Part shown: positions 1 through 9,463 of the stretch, one piece after another | Position numbering within the stretch: the stretch's first letter is position 1 | Layout: the number at the start of each line of letters is the position of its first letter | NCBI GenBank assembly: GCA_965218435.1 | Contig: CBDCKW010000009.1 | Span: 1,888,001-1,952,000, forward strand | DNA: 64,000 nucleotides | Direction of reading: 5' to 3' | Source of the DNA: Truepera sp. | Lineage (GTDB): Bacteria; Deinococcota; Deinococci; Deinococcales; Trueperaceae | Translations under genes and position numbers: made by a program | The notes under the pieces: model-generated | Databases searched by the model: none | The model's input: only the letters and a program-made list of their open reading frames with translations | What the model was told of the DNA's origin: nothing

Positions 1-56
1 ACCATAATGACGGGTTTCGGGCCGACCATATGGCGGAGATAACGGATATAGTCCAC
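1..56 (-). CDS. N-terminus of a probable NUDIX hydrolase (partial, runs off window start)
   Basis: GTG at 56 gives MDYIRYLRHMVGPKPVIMV, resembling the 'MDYI..LR..VG..P.I' start of MutT/NUDIX proteins. Confidence 0.5.
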   Translation of the reverse strand, partial: MDYIRYLRHMVGPKPVIM

Positions 57-123
57 GCCCTAACCTATCAGACCTGCTTAGGGTGCATAGCGCCTGTATA
101 ATCAGCGTTTAGTGGAGGCCACC

Positions 124-2832
124 GTGCAGAACCAAACGCAACACTCCGTCAACGACTTGAGGCGACTCTACCTCGAGTTTTTCCGCAGCAAAAATCACCT
201 CATCTATCCGTCTGCGTCCCTAAAAAGTGACGACCCCGGTTTGATGTTTAACGTCGCGGGGATGCAGCAGTTTAAGCCGTATTTTCAGGGCACGACGCCC
301 CGGTTTCCCGGCGTCAAAGGCGTGTGGCCCCGCGTCACGACGAGCCAAAAGTGTATGCGGGCGGGTGGCAAGGATTCCGACATCGAAAATGTCGGGCGCA
401 CCCGGCGGCACCATACGTTTTTTGAAATGCTCGGCAACTTCTCGTTTGGCGATTACTTTAAGCGTGAGGCCATTACCTGGGCGTGGGAGTTTCTTACCTC
501 GAAAGAGTGGTTGGGACTCGAGCCCGAACGTTTGTACATCACCGTGTTTACCGACGACGACGAAGCGTATGCGATTTGGTGCGATGAGGTGGGGATTCCC
601 AAAGAACACCTCTCCCGTTTCGGTGAGGATGAAAACTTCTGGCCTGCCAACGCCATCAAGGATGAGCGTACCGGGCCGTGCGGCCCCTGCTCTGAAATCT
701 TTTACGACCGTGGCCCTGAGTTCGGCAGCCCGGATGAAACCGGGCCGAATACGGGTGACGGTGACCGGTACATGGAGTTCTGGAACTTGGTGTTTACCCA
801 GTTCAATCTTCAAGACGGCGTACTGACGCCGCTACCGAGCAAAAACATTGATACGGGTGGGGGGCTCGAGCGTTTCGCCACCATCCTTTCGGACGCACAA
901 GACGCCTACGGCACCGAACTCTTCCAGCCCGTGATCCGGCGTTTGGTCGAGCTGTCGGGCGTCCCTTACGAGGATATTAAGAGCGTGCAGCACCGCATCA
1001 TCGCCGACCACGTGCGCTCAGTCAGCATGTGCATTACCGACGGGATTTTACCCGCGAACGACGGCGCAGGTTACGTCATCAAGATGCTGATTCGGCGGGC
1101 GAGTCGGCAGGCGTACGTGCTGGGTCTCCGCGAGCCCGTGCTTCACAAACTCGTCCCCGGTGTGGTCGAAGCGATGGGCGAGGCGTACCCAGAAGTCAAA
1201 GATGCACAAGCGCGGATTGAAGGCATTTTAGAGGCGGAAGAGACGCAGTTTTTGCGGACACTCGAGTCGGGCATCGTCCGGGTCTCGCAACTGCTCGACA
1301 TGTTAGAAGCTAGCGAAGATCTCAAGGTTATTTCCGGTGATATGGCGTTCGACCTCTGGCAGACCTACGGGTTTCCCCTCAGTTTGACCGAAGAGATGGC
1401 TGAAGAGCGCGGCGTCACCGTAGACCGGGCGGGCTATGAAACGGCTAGGGAAGGCGCACGGGAGACCTCGAGGGCTTCACGCGAAGGTGGTGCGATGTTC
1501 ACCGCACAAGATGTTTTTGGGCGCATTGCCGAAGCGCACGGCCCGACGGTGTTTACGGGCTATACCGACCGGGACGGCGAGGCGACCGTGCTGGCGCTCG
1601 TCCGAGACGGTGCAGAACAGAGCGAAGCACGCGAAGGCGACGCCGTGCAAGTTGTACTGAACACGACACCCTTTTACGCCGAGGGCGGCGGGCAGATTGG
1701 CGACGCGGGCGTTTTAGAGTGGCCGGACGGCAAAGCGATGGTCAGTACCACGACGAAAACCAAGAACGGCGTATTCGTCCATCAGACGAGGATTTTACGG
1801 GGCACGCTCACTGACGGCATGACGGTACGGGCCGTGGTTGACCCCAGCCGCGATGAAACCGAAAAACACCATACGGCGACGCACCTGCTGCACGCGGCCT
1901 TACGAAGTATTCTCGGGACGCATGTGGCGCAAGCCGGGTCACTGGTGGCTCCTGACCGCCTCCGGTTCGACTTTTCGCATCCCAAGTCGCTGACGGGTGA
2001 TGAAACCGCGCAGATTGAAGCGCTCGTGAACCGCTGGGTGCAGCGCGATTTGCGGGTATCGTGGCAGGAGGTCACGCTGGCACAGGCGCGGCAAGCTGGG
2101 GCGATGATGCTCTTCGGTGAAAAGTACGGCGACCGGGTGCGGATGGTGACGGTTGCGCCTGAAGGTGAGGCTGGTTCTGCAAAACCTAGTGGGGTATCGC
2201 TCGAGCTTTGCGGCGGCACCCACGCCCCCCGTACCGGCACCTTAGGTGTCTTTTTGATCACCGCAGAAGAGGCCGTGTCAGCGGGTGTGCGGCGGATTGA
2301 AGCCCTCGTCGGTGAGGCGGCACTTTCATATTTGAAAAACCTACGCGAAAGTGTCACAGCGACCTCGAAAGCTCTAGGCGTCAAACCCGAAGAGGTGACG
2401 AGCCGCGTGGAACGCCTGCAAGGTGACCTCAAAGCGAGGGAGCGCGACAACGCACAGCTCCGCGACAAGCTGGCAGCGGCGCAAACCCAGGGCGGCGCTG
2501 CCAGCGAGATCAAAGAGGCGGGCGGGTTTCGCTACAGCACGGTGCAGTTAGACGGCCTCGACGCGGGCGCACTCAGGAACGCTGCCGACGCACTGTTAGA
2601 CCGCTCGGGTGCGGACATCGTGGTCTTGGCGAGTGGACCGCTGATCGTGACCAAAATCAGCAAAGACGCTGAGTCTCGGGGTGCCCACGCGGGCAAGCTC
2701 GTCGGCGAAATCGCTAAACGTGCGGGCGGCGGCGGCGGCGGACGGCCCAATCTGGCGCAGGCCGGGATCAAAGACCTGAGCCGGTTGGACGCAGCCCTCG
2801 CCGCTGTCCCGGACATCATTGCTGCGTCCTGA
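124..2832 (+). CDS. alaS: Alanine--tRNA ligase
   Basis: Motifs RHHTFFEMLGNFSFGDYFK, HHTATHLLH, ELCGGTH, GGGGGRPNLAQAG. Start moved from 112 to GTG 124 because GGAGG lies at 114-118; TATAAT at 97-102. Confidence 0.98.
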   Translation: MQNQTQHSVNDLRRLYLEFFRSKNHLIYPSASLKSDDPGLMFNVAGMQQFKPYFQGTTPRFPGVKGVWPRVTTSQKCMRAGGKDSDIENVGRTRRHHTFFEMLGNFSFGDYFKREAITWAWEFLTSKEWLGLEPERLYITVFTDDDEAYAIWCDEVGIPKEHLSRFGEDENFWPANAIKDERTGPCGPCSEIFYDRGPEFGSPDETGPNTGDGDRYMEFWNLVFTQFNLQDGVLTPLPSKNIDTGGGLERFATILSDAQDAYGTELFQPVIRRLVELSGVPYEDIKSVQHRIIADHVRSVSMCITDGILPANDGAGYVIKMLIRRASRQAYVLGLREPVLHKLVPGVVEAMGEAYPEVKDAQARIEGILEAEETQFLRTLESGIVRVSQLLDMLEASEDLKVISGDMAFDLWQTYGFPLSLTEEMAEERGVTVDRAGYETAREGARETSRASREGGAMFTAQDVFGRIAEAHGPTVFTGYTDRDGEATVLALVRDGAEQSEAREGDAVQVVLNTTPFYAEGGGQIGDAGVLEWPDGKAMVSTTTKTKNGVFVHQTRILRGTLTDGMTVRAVVDPSRDETEKHHTATHLLHAALRSILGTHVAQAGSLVAPDRLRFDFSHPKSLTGDETAQIEALVNRWVQRDLRVSWQEVTLAQARQAGAMMLFGEKYGDRVRMVTVAPEGEAGSAKPSGVSLELCGGTHAPRTGTLGVFLITAEEAVSAGVRRIEALVGEAALSYLKNLRESVTATSKALGVKPEEVTSRVERLQGDLKARERDNAQLRDKLAAAQTQGGAASEIKEAGGFRYSTVQLDGLDAGALRNAADALLDRSGADIVVLASGPLIVTKISKDAESRGAHAGKLVGEIAKRAGGGGGGRPNLAQAGIKDLSRLDAALAAVPDIIAAS

Positions 2833-3643
2833 GTTGAGACAGCCTGAAGACTTCCGGCCCAAGCTCGTCGCCTTCGACCTCGACGGAACGCTCTTACGCC
2901 GGGATAAGACCATCAGCCCCCGCAACCGGGCGGCGGTCGCCGGACTCGTAGCAAAGGGTGTGAGGGTCGTTCTCTGTACCGGACGACCTCCACGAACCGC
3001 GCAGGTATTTGCCGAACAGTTGGCGCTCGTCGACCTCGGCATCGTCTATAACGGCGGGGCGGTGTACAACTTTGCCGAAGACCGGGCGCTCGTGCGCTTC
3101 GATTTTCCTGGTGAGGTGGCGCGTCAGGCCGTCCAAAAGATGCGCGCTGAACATCCAGGGGTGATGTGTGGGCTCGAGACCTCTTACGGCTGGTTTGTAG
3201 ACGCCGAACGTTACGACCTGACTCGGCGGGGCGCGGTTCCTTATGAGAGTGAACCCGACGGCGTTGGGGATGCGCTCAACTTTATCCGGGATGAGGTGAC
3301 CAAACTTCTGTTTTGGCACGCGGGCGAAACGCCGGAAACGCTCAACGCGACGTTGCACGGCTTACCCGTTCACGGAACCTGGAGTATGCCGGGGCTCTTG
3401 GAGATCGTCGGGCCGGAGGTCAACAAACGCACGGCGCTGAGACGTGTGGCTGCCGACATGGGTTTTGCAGCTGAAGACGTGGCAGCCTTCGGTGACCAAC
3501 ATAACGACCGGGAGATGCTTGTATGGGCCGGATTCGGCGTGGCAATGGGCAACGCCGACAAAGACGTACGAGACCTCGCCGATTGGGTGGCGGGTGACGC
3601 GGATGACGACGGCGTAGCGGAGGTGGTCGAAACGTGGCTCTAG
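2819..3643 (+). CDS. Cof-type HAD-IIB hydrolase
   Basis: FDLDGTLL, CTGRP, AFGDQHND, GVAMGNA motifs. Confidence 0.93.
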   Translation: MLRPELRQPEDFRPKLVAFDLDGTLLRRDKTISPRNRAAVAGLVAKGVRVVLCTGRPPRTAQVFAEQLALVDLGIVYNGGAVYNFAEDRALVRFDFPGEVARQAVQKMRAEHPGVMCGLETSYGWFVDAERYDLTRRGAVPYESEPDGVGDALNFIRDEVTKLLFWHAGETPETLNATLHGLPVHGTWSMPGLLEIVGPEVNKRTALRRVAADMGFAAEDVAAFGDQHNDREMLVWAGFGVAMGNADKDVRDLADWVAGDADDDGVAEVVETWL

Positions 3644-3697
3644 GTTTTGACCCTGTTCGTGTGTCATTCTCTTGGGATGTGAGCCTCGAGCCCACTT

Positions 3698-4132
3698 ATG
3701 GCTGACGTTCTGCTGGCACTCGACGTGGGTGAAGCCCGTATCGGGGTGGCTCGAGGCGAAATCGGCTCGTCATTTGCTTTCGGGCGCGGCTATATCGTAC
3801 GGCAAAAACTCTCTGCAGATGTCGAGGTAGTACGTTTACGCGCTGCAGAAGAGGGCGCAGCGCGGATTGTCGTCGGCTTGCCGAGCCGCTTGCGGGGCGG
3901 CGACTCACCGCAGACGGAGAAGGTCAGGCGGTTTGCCGCTGAGCTTGAAAAGATCGGGCTCGAGGTCGCCTTTGAAGACGAACGTCTGACGACCAAGCTG
4001 GCGTCGCAAGGGCTCCTTAAAAGTGGCATCAAAAAGAGGCGGCGGCAAGAAAAAGGGTTATTAGACGAACGAGCGGCGGTACTGATTTTAGAAAGTTACC
4101 TGGCGAAGCACCCATATAAGACATCGCCGTAA
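3698..4132 (+). CDS. ruvX: Holliday junction resolvase-like / pre-16S rRNA nuclease YqgF (RuvX)
   Basis: LALDVGEARIGVA, VVGLP, DERLTT motifs; conserved alaS-yqgF-mltG context. Confidence 0.93.
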   Translation: MADVLLALDVGEARIGVARGEIGSSFAFGRGYIVRQKLSADVEVVRLRAAEEGAARIVVGLPSRLRGGDSPQTEKVRRFAAELEKIGLEVAFEDERLTTKLASQGLLKSGIKKRRRQEKGLLDERAAVLILESYLAKHPYKTSP

Positions 4133-4175
4133 CCCGTCGCCGTAAAATATCACCGTAAAACACTGCCGTAACCCG
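4124..4175. repeat. Degenerate 13-bp tandem repeat x4 (core CCGTAA)
   Basis: tcgccgtaacccg/tcgccgtaaaata/tcaccgtaaaaca/ctgccgtaacccg. Confidence 0.75.
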
Positions 4176-4251
4176 TCGGCAACATATTCAGCACCATGTT
4201 TTGTACCAATTTGACGAGTTTTTCCCGTGTTTACACGGTAGACTGGGCCGC

Positions 4252-5349
4252 GTGAGCGAAGTCCCGACCAAACCAACTCAGCCCGCACCTGAACCGGTAG
4301 AGCTCGCGCCGAAACGTCCAGGGTTGCGCGGCTGGGTGCGTGGCCTTTTAGTCGGCGTTTTGCTTGTCGTCGGCGTTGTGGCGCTGGGTGTGCGCTGGGT
4401 AGAGCGGCAGCTTCAGCCGGTCGCCGAGACGGGCGCAGTACAAGATAAGGCGCAGACGTTCGAGGTCGCGCCGGGGTGGGGCGCGGCGCAAGTGGCCGGG
4501 GCGTTAGAAGACGCCGGACTCGTCCGCAACGCCCGTGTCTTCAGCGTTTATTTACGGCTCGAGAACCTTGACCGGAGCGTCGGCGAAGGGCTCTACACCC
4601 TCAACCCGAGCTTGAGCGTGCCGGAGCTGGCGCGGCGGCTTGCGCGTGGGGGTCAACCGCGCATCACAGCTGTCGTTATCCCTGAAGGCTTTCGGACGAC
4701 GCAGGTGGTCAGCCGCCTTAAAACCGAGTTGGGCGTAGATATCGGGCCGCTCGTCAAACGACCCGGCGCGTGGCGGCCTGCGTTTGTCCCGGTGGGGGCG
4801 GGGCTCGAGGGCTACCTCTTCCCGGCCCGTTATGACTTTCCGGTAGGGAGCACGCCTAGAGAGGTCGTTGAGCAGATGCTCCGCCGCTTTGAACGTGAGC
4901 TGACGCCAGGCGTTAAGCAAAACTTGAAAAGTTTGGGCTTAAGCGTTCAAGCGTGGGTCACGCTCGCCAGTATGGTGCAGGCCGAAGCGGGCTCGTACGC
5001 TGAAATGCCCGTGATCGCCGGGGTATTCTTAAACCGTTTGGACCGCGATATGCTCCTTCAGTCCGACCCGACCGTCGCCTACGGCCTCGGCAAACGCCTG
5101 CCCGACCTCGACGCGGTAGCTGGCGACCTTAAACAAGACACACCCTGGAACACCTATACACGGGCCGGTCTCCCCCGCACCCCCATCGGTAACCCCGGCG
5201 CACGCGCACTTCAGGTTATCTTTCAGGCGCAGCGGACGAACGCCCAAGGTCAACCTTATCTCTACTTTTTGCACGCACCGGGCGGCGAGTTTCGGCCCAA
5301 TTTGACGCTCGAGGGTCACAACCACGACGTGGCCGCATATCTAAAGTGA
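4252..5349 (+). CDS. mltG: Endolytic transglycosylase MltG
   Basis: IPEG, LEGYLFP, LASMVQAEA, LQSDPTVAY, WNTY..GLP.TPIGNPG. GTG 4252 lies 7 nt after TAGACT (leaderless-like). Confidence 0.95.
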   Translation: MSEVPTKPTQPAPEPVELAPKRPGLRGWVRGLLVGVLLVVGVVALGVRWVERQLQPVAETGAVQDKAQTFEVAPGWGAAQVAGALEDAGLVRNARVFSVYLRLENLDRSVGEGLYTLNPSLSVPELARRLARGGQPRITAVVIPEGFRTTQVVSRLKTELGVDIGPLVKRPGAWRPAFVPVGAGLEGYLFPARYDFPVGSTPREVVEQMLRRFERELTPGVKQNLKSLGLSVQAWVTLASMVQAEAGSYAEMPVIAGVFLNRLDRDMLLQSDPTVAYGLGKRLPDLDAVAGDLKQDTPWNTYTRAGLPRTPIGNPGARALQVIFQAQRTNAQGQPYLYFLHAPGGEFRPNLTLEGHNHDVAAYLK

Positions 5350-5356
5350 GGGCGGC

Positions 5357-6535
5357 ATAATCAAGCACTTTGTCCTTTTTTTAGCCCTGCGTCATATCCG
5401 CCGCCGCGCCCTGCAGAGCAGCCTGACGCTCCTCGGCGTCGCCGTCGGGGTCATGGTTTTAATCACCGCACTTTCTCTAACCAACGGGTTTATTGACGAA
5501 CTCATCAGCAGTACCTTAGAGGCCACGCCGCACGTCTCGCTAGCGGCTTATGACAACACGCCGCTAAAAAACGACCCTGAAACGCTGCAGCGTATCGAGG
5601 CGCTCCCCGGTGTGGTCGCCGCTGCGCCGTACCTCTCGGGCCAGGCCCTGATCGCCCGCCGCGCCGACGCGGCCGCCGGAGTTTCAGGGGCCAGGGGCTA
5701 CACGCAGGTTTTGGGGATTGACCCGGCCCGAGAGCAGCAGGTGCTCGGGCTGAGCGTCTTGAAACAAGAGCAACAAGCGTTGGTTTCAGGTGGCATCATC
5801 TTAGGCAGCAGCCTCGCGCGTAACCTGGGCGTCGTGGCGGGTGACGAGGTGATTTTGGTAGACATCAGCCGCAGCCGCACGACCTTTCCGGTCGCTGGAA
5901 CCTTCCGCGTCGGGAACGAGATTATTGACGGTGCGCTCTCTTACACGTCAATTCCGACGTTGCAAGATTATCTGGACGAAAAAGGTCAGATCAGCGGCTA
6001 CCACGTGCGGCTTACTGACCCCGCTGACGCTGAGGCGTTTTCGCAAACGCTGGCTGATGAAACCGGTTTGTGGGCGACGCCGTGGCAAAACTTGTTCGGC
6101 GGCCTGGTACGGCAGCTCGAGCTACAAAAAACATTGATCGGCGTAGTGGTCTTCCTCATCGTCTTGGTCGCGGCGATGGGAATTGCCAACATTTTAATTT
6201 TGACCGTCGCTGAAAAGACCGAAGAGATCGCCATCTTACGGGCCATCGGCGCGTCGCAGCGGCAGATTTTAGCCGTCTTTACGACTGAGGGCTTGCTGTT
6301 AGGTGGCGGCGGCACCCTGTTAGGCGCACTGCTGGGGCTCGGCCTAAGCTTGTATTTTAAGTTTCAACCCTATCCGCTCCCCGGCGACCTCTACTTCATT
6401 ACGCAATTGCCCGTCGAGCTGCAACCGTGGGACTTTATCTGGGTGTGCGCCCTGTCTCTCGGGACGAGTGTGCTGGCGGCGCTGTTACCGGCGCGGCGGG
6501 CGGGCAGGCTCGACCCGGCGGAGATTTTGCGGTAA
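5357..6535 (+). CDS. FtsX/LolE-like ABC transporter permease (lipoprotein-release type)
   Basis: ALSLTNGF, EIAILRAIGA, LLPARRA...DPAEILR. Homology extends upstream of ATG 5453 (FLALRHIRRRALQSSLTLLGVAVGV) to ATA 5357. Confidence 0.85.
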   Translation: MIKHFVLFLALRHIRRRALQSSLTLLGVAVGVMVLITALSLTNGFIDELISSTLEATPHVSLAAYDNTPLKNDPETLQRIEALPGVVAAAPYLSGQALIARRADAAAGVSGARGYTQVLGIDPAREQQVLGLSVLKQEQQALVSGGIILGSSLARNLGVVAGDEVILVDISRSRTTFPVAGTFRVGNEIIDGALSYTSIPTLQDYLDEKGQISGYHVRLTDPADAEAFSQTLADETGLWATPWQNLFGGLVRQLELQKTLIGVVVFLIVLVAAMGIANILILTVAEKTEEIAILRAIGASQRQILAVFTTEGLLLGGGGTLLGALLGLGLSLYFKFQPYPLPGDLYFITQLPVELQPWDFIWVCALSLGTSVLAALLPARRAGRLDPAEILR

Positions 6536-6608
6536 GGACTGGTAAGGCGGAACTTGTACAGAATTTATACCCCTTGTACGCAGCGCCGCTATAGACGACA
6601 ATAAACGC

Positions 6609-7001
6609 ATGAGAGAAAGACGCATCCTGACGAGTTTGCTCTGCCTCTTGTTAGGCGTACTCTTTACTATCAGCATTTTTGGGACTGCCCCAAACTACTA
6701 GCGAGCGAAACGCTTTAGCGCGGCTGTCGCACAACACCTACCTTTAGGCTCATCTAAAGCTCAAGTTTTGCCGTTTTTGACAAACGAGAAAATCGAGCAT
6801 TCGTATGTTGAGCGTGACTTTGAACTTGGGTCAGCTGTCAAAGAAGGTTTGCAGCCGTCACAACCGGGCGGCGTAGCATTTTCTATAGTTCGGCGTACAG
6901 CTCGAGGGTTACTGACTAGAGGTGACACCCGGTTCGTATTCTTTTTTGATAAAGCAGAAAAACTCATCAAGGTGTCAGAAAAGCTTTACACAGGGTTATA
7001 A
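6609..7001 (+). pseudogene. Exported hypothetical protein interrupted by an in-frame TAG (6699-6701)
   Basis: ATG 6609 encodes signal/TM segment MRERRILTSLLCLLLGVLFTISIF; same frame continues past the stop into the 6768..7001 ORF. Confidence 0.6.
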
Positions 7002-7116
7002 ACCTGGTCACATACTGTCTTAAATCAATCAGGCGCTACGCACTTAGTGCTTAAACATTTTCATCCGTACCGGGTAGAGTAACATGTGTTTATTTTCCTT
7101 TTGAATAGGTCTTGCT

Positions 7117-8337
7117 GTGACCACTGACGCGCCCCTGTCGTCCGCAGGGGTCACGCAACCCACCCGCGAAGCCGCAGTGAACGGCGCTGATTTGACGCTG
7201 CTCGGCACAGCCCACGTCTCGAGAGCGAGCGCCGAAGAGGTCGAACGCCTGCTGCGTACCGGCGACTACGACGCGGTAGCTTTAGAACTCGACCCCGGTC
7301 GCCACGCTGCCTTAACCGACCCCGACCGCTGGGCCAAAACCGACCTGTTTCAGGTCTTGCGCGAGGGCAAAGCCGCGATGATGGCCGCGAACCTTGCGCT
7401 AGGGGCATACCAGCAGCGGTTGGCGGAGCAGTCCGGCACCGAACCGGGCGAAGAGATGCGCCGCGCCCTCCGGGTTGCCGGTGAGCTCGAGCTGCCCGTC
7501 CTCTTAATTGACCGCGACATCGGCGTGACACTTCGGCGCGTGTACGCGAACGTCGGTTTTTGGAAGCGGATGACGCTGTTAGCCGGGCTCATGGGCAGCG
7601 TGGTCAGCCGCGAAGAGGTTACACCCGAAGAGATTGAAAAACTTAAAGAAGGGGACGTGTTGGAGGCGACCTTTTCCGAGTTTTCCAACAAGGAGGGCGA
7701 GCTCTTTACGCCGCTGATTCAGGAGCGTGATCACTATATGGCGGCGCGGCTCCGTGAAGAGACCGCCGCTAAGCCGTACAAAAAAGTCTTGGTGGTCATC
7801 GGGGCGGGGCATCTGAAAGGGCTCGACTTACGTTTAAGTACACCCCCGGCTGTCCCCCCAGCTGAAGAGATTGAGAGTCTCACAACGATTCCCAAAGGCG
7901 CACCGTGGGGTCAAATCCTCTCGTGGGCGCTCGTCGCCTTTTTTATCCTCGGGTTTGCCCTCGCCTTTTTGCAGAGCCCGGAGGTCGGTTGGCAACTCGT
8001 CACGCGCTGGCTGCTCTTAAACGGCGGGCTCGCCGCGCTCGGAGCACTCGTCGCGTTGGCGCATCCGCTGACGATTTTAGCGACGTTTCTAGGTGCGCCT
8101 ATCGGCACGCTGAGTCCGACTTTGGGCGTCGGCATGATCGCCGGAGCCGCCGAACTGTGGCTCCGCAAACCGCAGATGGGCGACTTCGCCCGGTTGCGGC
8201 AAGACATCACCGAAACGCGAGGCTGGTGGCGCAACAAAGTCGCCCGTATCTTTCTGATCTTCTTTTTAACGAGCATCGGTGGGGCGCTGGGCAACTACCT
8301 CACGTTGCCCCGGCTGATCGGGCAATTTTTTAGATAG
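7117..8337 (+). CDS. TraB/GumN (pheromone shutdown) family protein
   Basis: LLGTAHVS, VALELD..R, PGEEM, ERDHYMA, VVIGAGHL plus C-terminal TM helices. Confidence 0.92.
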   Translation: MTTDAPLSSAGVTQPTREAAVNGADLTLLGTAHVSRASAEEVERLLRTGDYDAVALELDPGRHAALTDPDRWAKTDLFQVLREGKAAMMAANLALGAYQQRLAEQSGTEPGEEMRRALRVAGELELPVLLIDRDIGVTLRRVYANVGFWKRMTLLAGLMGSVVSREEVTPEEIEKLKEGDVLEATFSEFSNKEGELFTPLIQERDHYMAARLREETAAKPYKKVLVVIGAGHLKGLDLRLSTPPAVPPAEEIESLTTIPKGAPWGQILSWALVAFFILGFALAFLQSPEVGWQLVTRWLLLNGGLAALGALVALAHPLTILATFLGAPIGTLSPTLGVGMIAGAAELWLRKPQMGDFARLRQDITETRGWWRNKVARIFLIFFLTSIGGALGNYLTLPRLIGQFFR

Positions 8338-8823
8338 ATGAGCAAGCCGCCCGATGAATACCCGTACGAGCGGGCCTGGAACTATGTGCTCTGGCTTTTA
8401 GGGCGACAGGCGTACACGACCTGGCAGCTTAAAGATAAGCTCGCCCGCAAAGGGGCCACGGAAGAAACGATCACACGAGTTTTGGATAAACTCCTCGAGC
8501 TCAAACTGGTGGACGACGCCCTTTACGCCGAGGCGTTTGTCCGCTCGAGGAGCCGCAGCAAAGGGGCCATTCGGCTCCGGCAAGAGCTGTTTCGTAAAGG
8601 TGTCGCCGAGCCGCTCGTAGACAAAGCCGTCGGTGAGCTGGACGAACACACCCAGTTAGAAAGTGCGCTGGCTCTAACTGAGAAAAACCTCTGGCGCTGG
8701 AAGGGCGAGCCGCGTGAACGCTACGCTAAAGCCTATGCATTTTTAGCGCGGCGTGGGTTTCCAGGCGATGTAGTAAGGGGGGCGTTGGGGCAAACCTTTT
8801 CCGCCGAAGACTTAGAGACCTAG
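8338..8823 (+). CDS. recX: Regulatory protein RecX
   Basis: LVDDALYAEAFVRSR, G..RL.QEL..KGV, FLARRGF. Confidence 0.92.
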   Translation: MSKPPDEYPYERAWNYVLWLLGRQAYTTWQLKDKLARKGATEETITRVLDKLLELKLVDDALYAEAFVRSRSRSKGAIRLRQELFRKGVAEPLVDKAVGELDEHTQLESALALTEKNLWRWKGEPRERYAKAYAFLARRGFPGDVVRGALGQTFSAEDLET

Positions 8824-8908
8824 TAGCAAAACCTAGCGTCAGGACAATCGACACTGCTGAAGCCGTACCAAAGCGCGTTATAGTCGTATTTGCCTTCTGG
8901 AGGTCACT

Positions 8909-9268
8909 ATGGCGCTATACAACATCCACAACTACTACGGTCAATTTTTACAGCTCGTTCCAATCGTCGCGCTGATTTGGTTTGCCATTCGGCGGCGCGG
9001 CGCGGTGCAGCGCGTTGCGCCCGTTCTCTTAGACATCAACGTGCTGATTGGACTGATTCTTTACGCCGTCTCAGGGCGGCAGGTATCGGTCTGGCACCCG
9101 GTCTTTATGCTCGCAGCCATCGGACTGGCGCACGGCGTCGCTAGAAACCAAAACCGCCGGGTCGTTCTCGGCGCGTGGATCGGCGTGTTGCTGCTCGTCT
9201 TGGTCGGCGTGCAGATTGCCTCAGGGCGACTGCTCACCACGCCGCTACTGCCCGCCGTTAACTTGTAA
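8909..9268 (+). CDS. Small integral membrane protein
   Basis: Four hydrophobic segments; GGAGG RBS upstream. Confidence 0.75.
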   Translation: MALYNIHNYYGQFLQLVPIVALIWFAIRRRGAVQRVAPVLLDINVLIGLILYAVSGRQVSVWHPVFMLAAIGLAHGVARNQNRRVVLGAWIGVLLLVLVGVQIASGRLLTTPLLPAVNL

Positions 9269-9276
9269 GGCGCAGC

Positions 9277-9306
9277 TTGACGCCTGCGTCGCACGTTTTG
9301 TAGACT
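9277..9306 (+). promoter_or_regulatory. Sigma70-type promoter of tRNA-Pro
   Basis: TTGACG-N18-TAGACT. Confidence 0.7.
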
Positions 9307-9318
9307 AAGCTCTTGCGT

Positions 9319-9395
9319 CGGGGCGTAGCGCAGCCTGGTAGCGCACATCGTTCGGGACGATGGGGTCGGAAGTTCAAATCTTCTCGCCCCGACCA
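9319..9395 (+). tRNA. tRNA-Pro(CGG)
   Basis: Cloverleaf; anticodon arm catcg-tt CGG ga-cgatg; T-loop GTTCAAATC; encoded CCA. Confidence 0.97.
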
Positions 9396-9398
9396 ACA

Positions 9399-9428
9399 AA
9401 CCCGGAGCTCGAGCTCCGGGTTCCTTTT
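9399..9428. terminator. Intrinsic terminator (24-bp perfect palindrome centred on CTCGAG)
   Basis: aacccggagctcgagctccgggtt followed by cctttt; lies between convergent tRNA-Pro and cysH. Confidence 0.8.
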
Positions 9429-9463
9429 ATCCAAGCCAAACACGGTCCTGGGACCAAACGCGG

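Noticed and set aside
9319..9430. tRNA-Pro or tRNA-Ser (47057-47148) as integration sites
   Set aside because: No integrase and no duplicated tRNA 3' end seen in the window.
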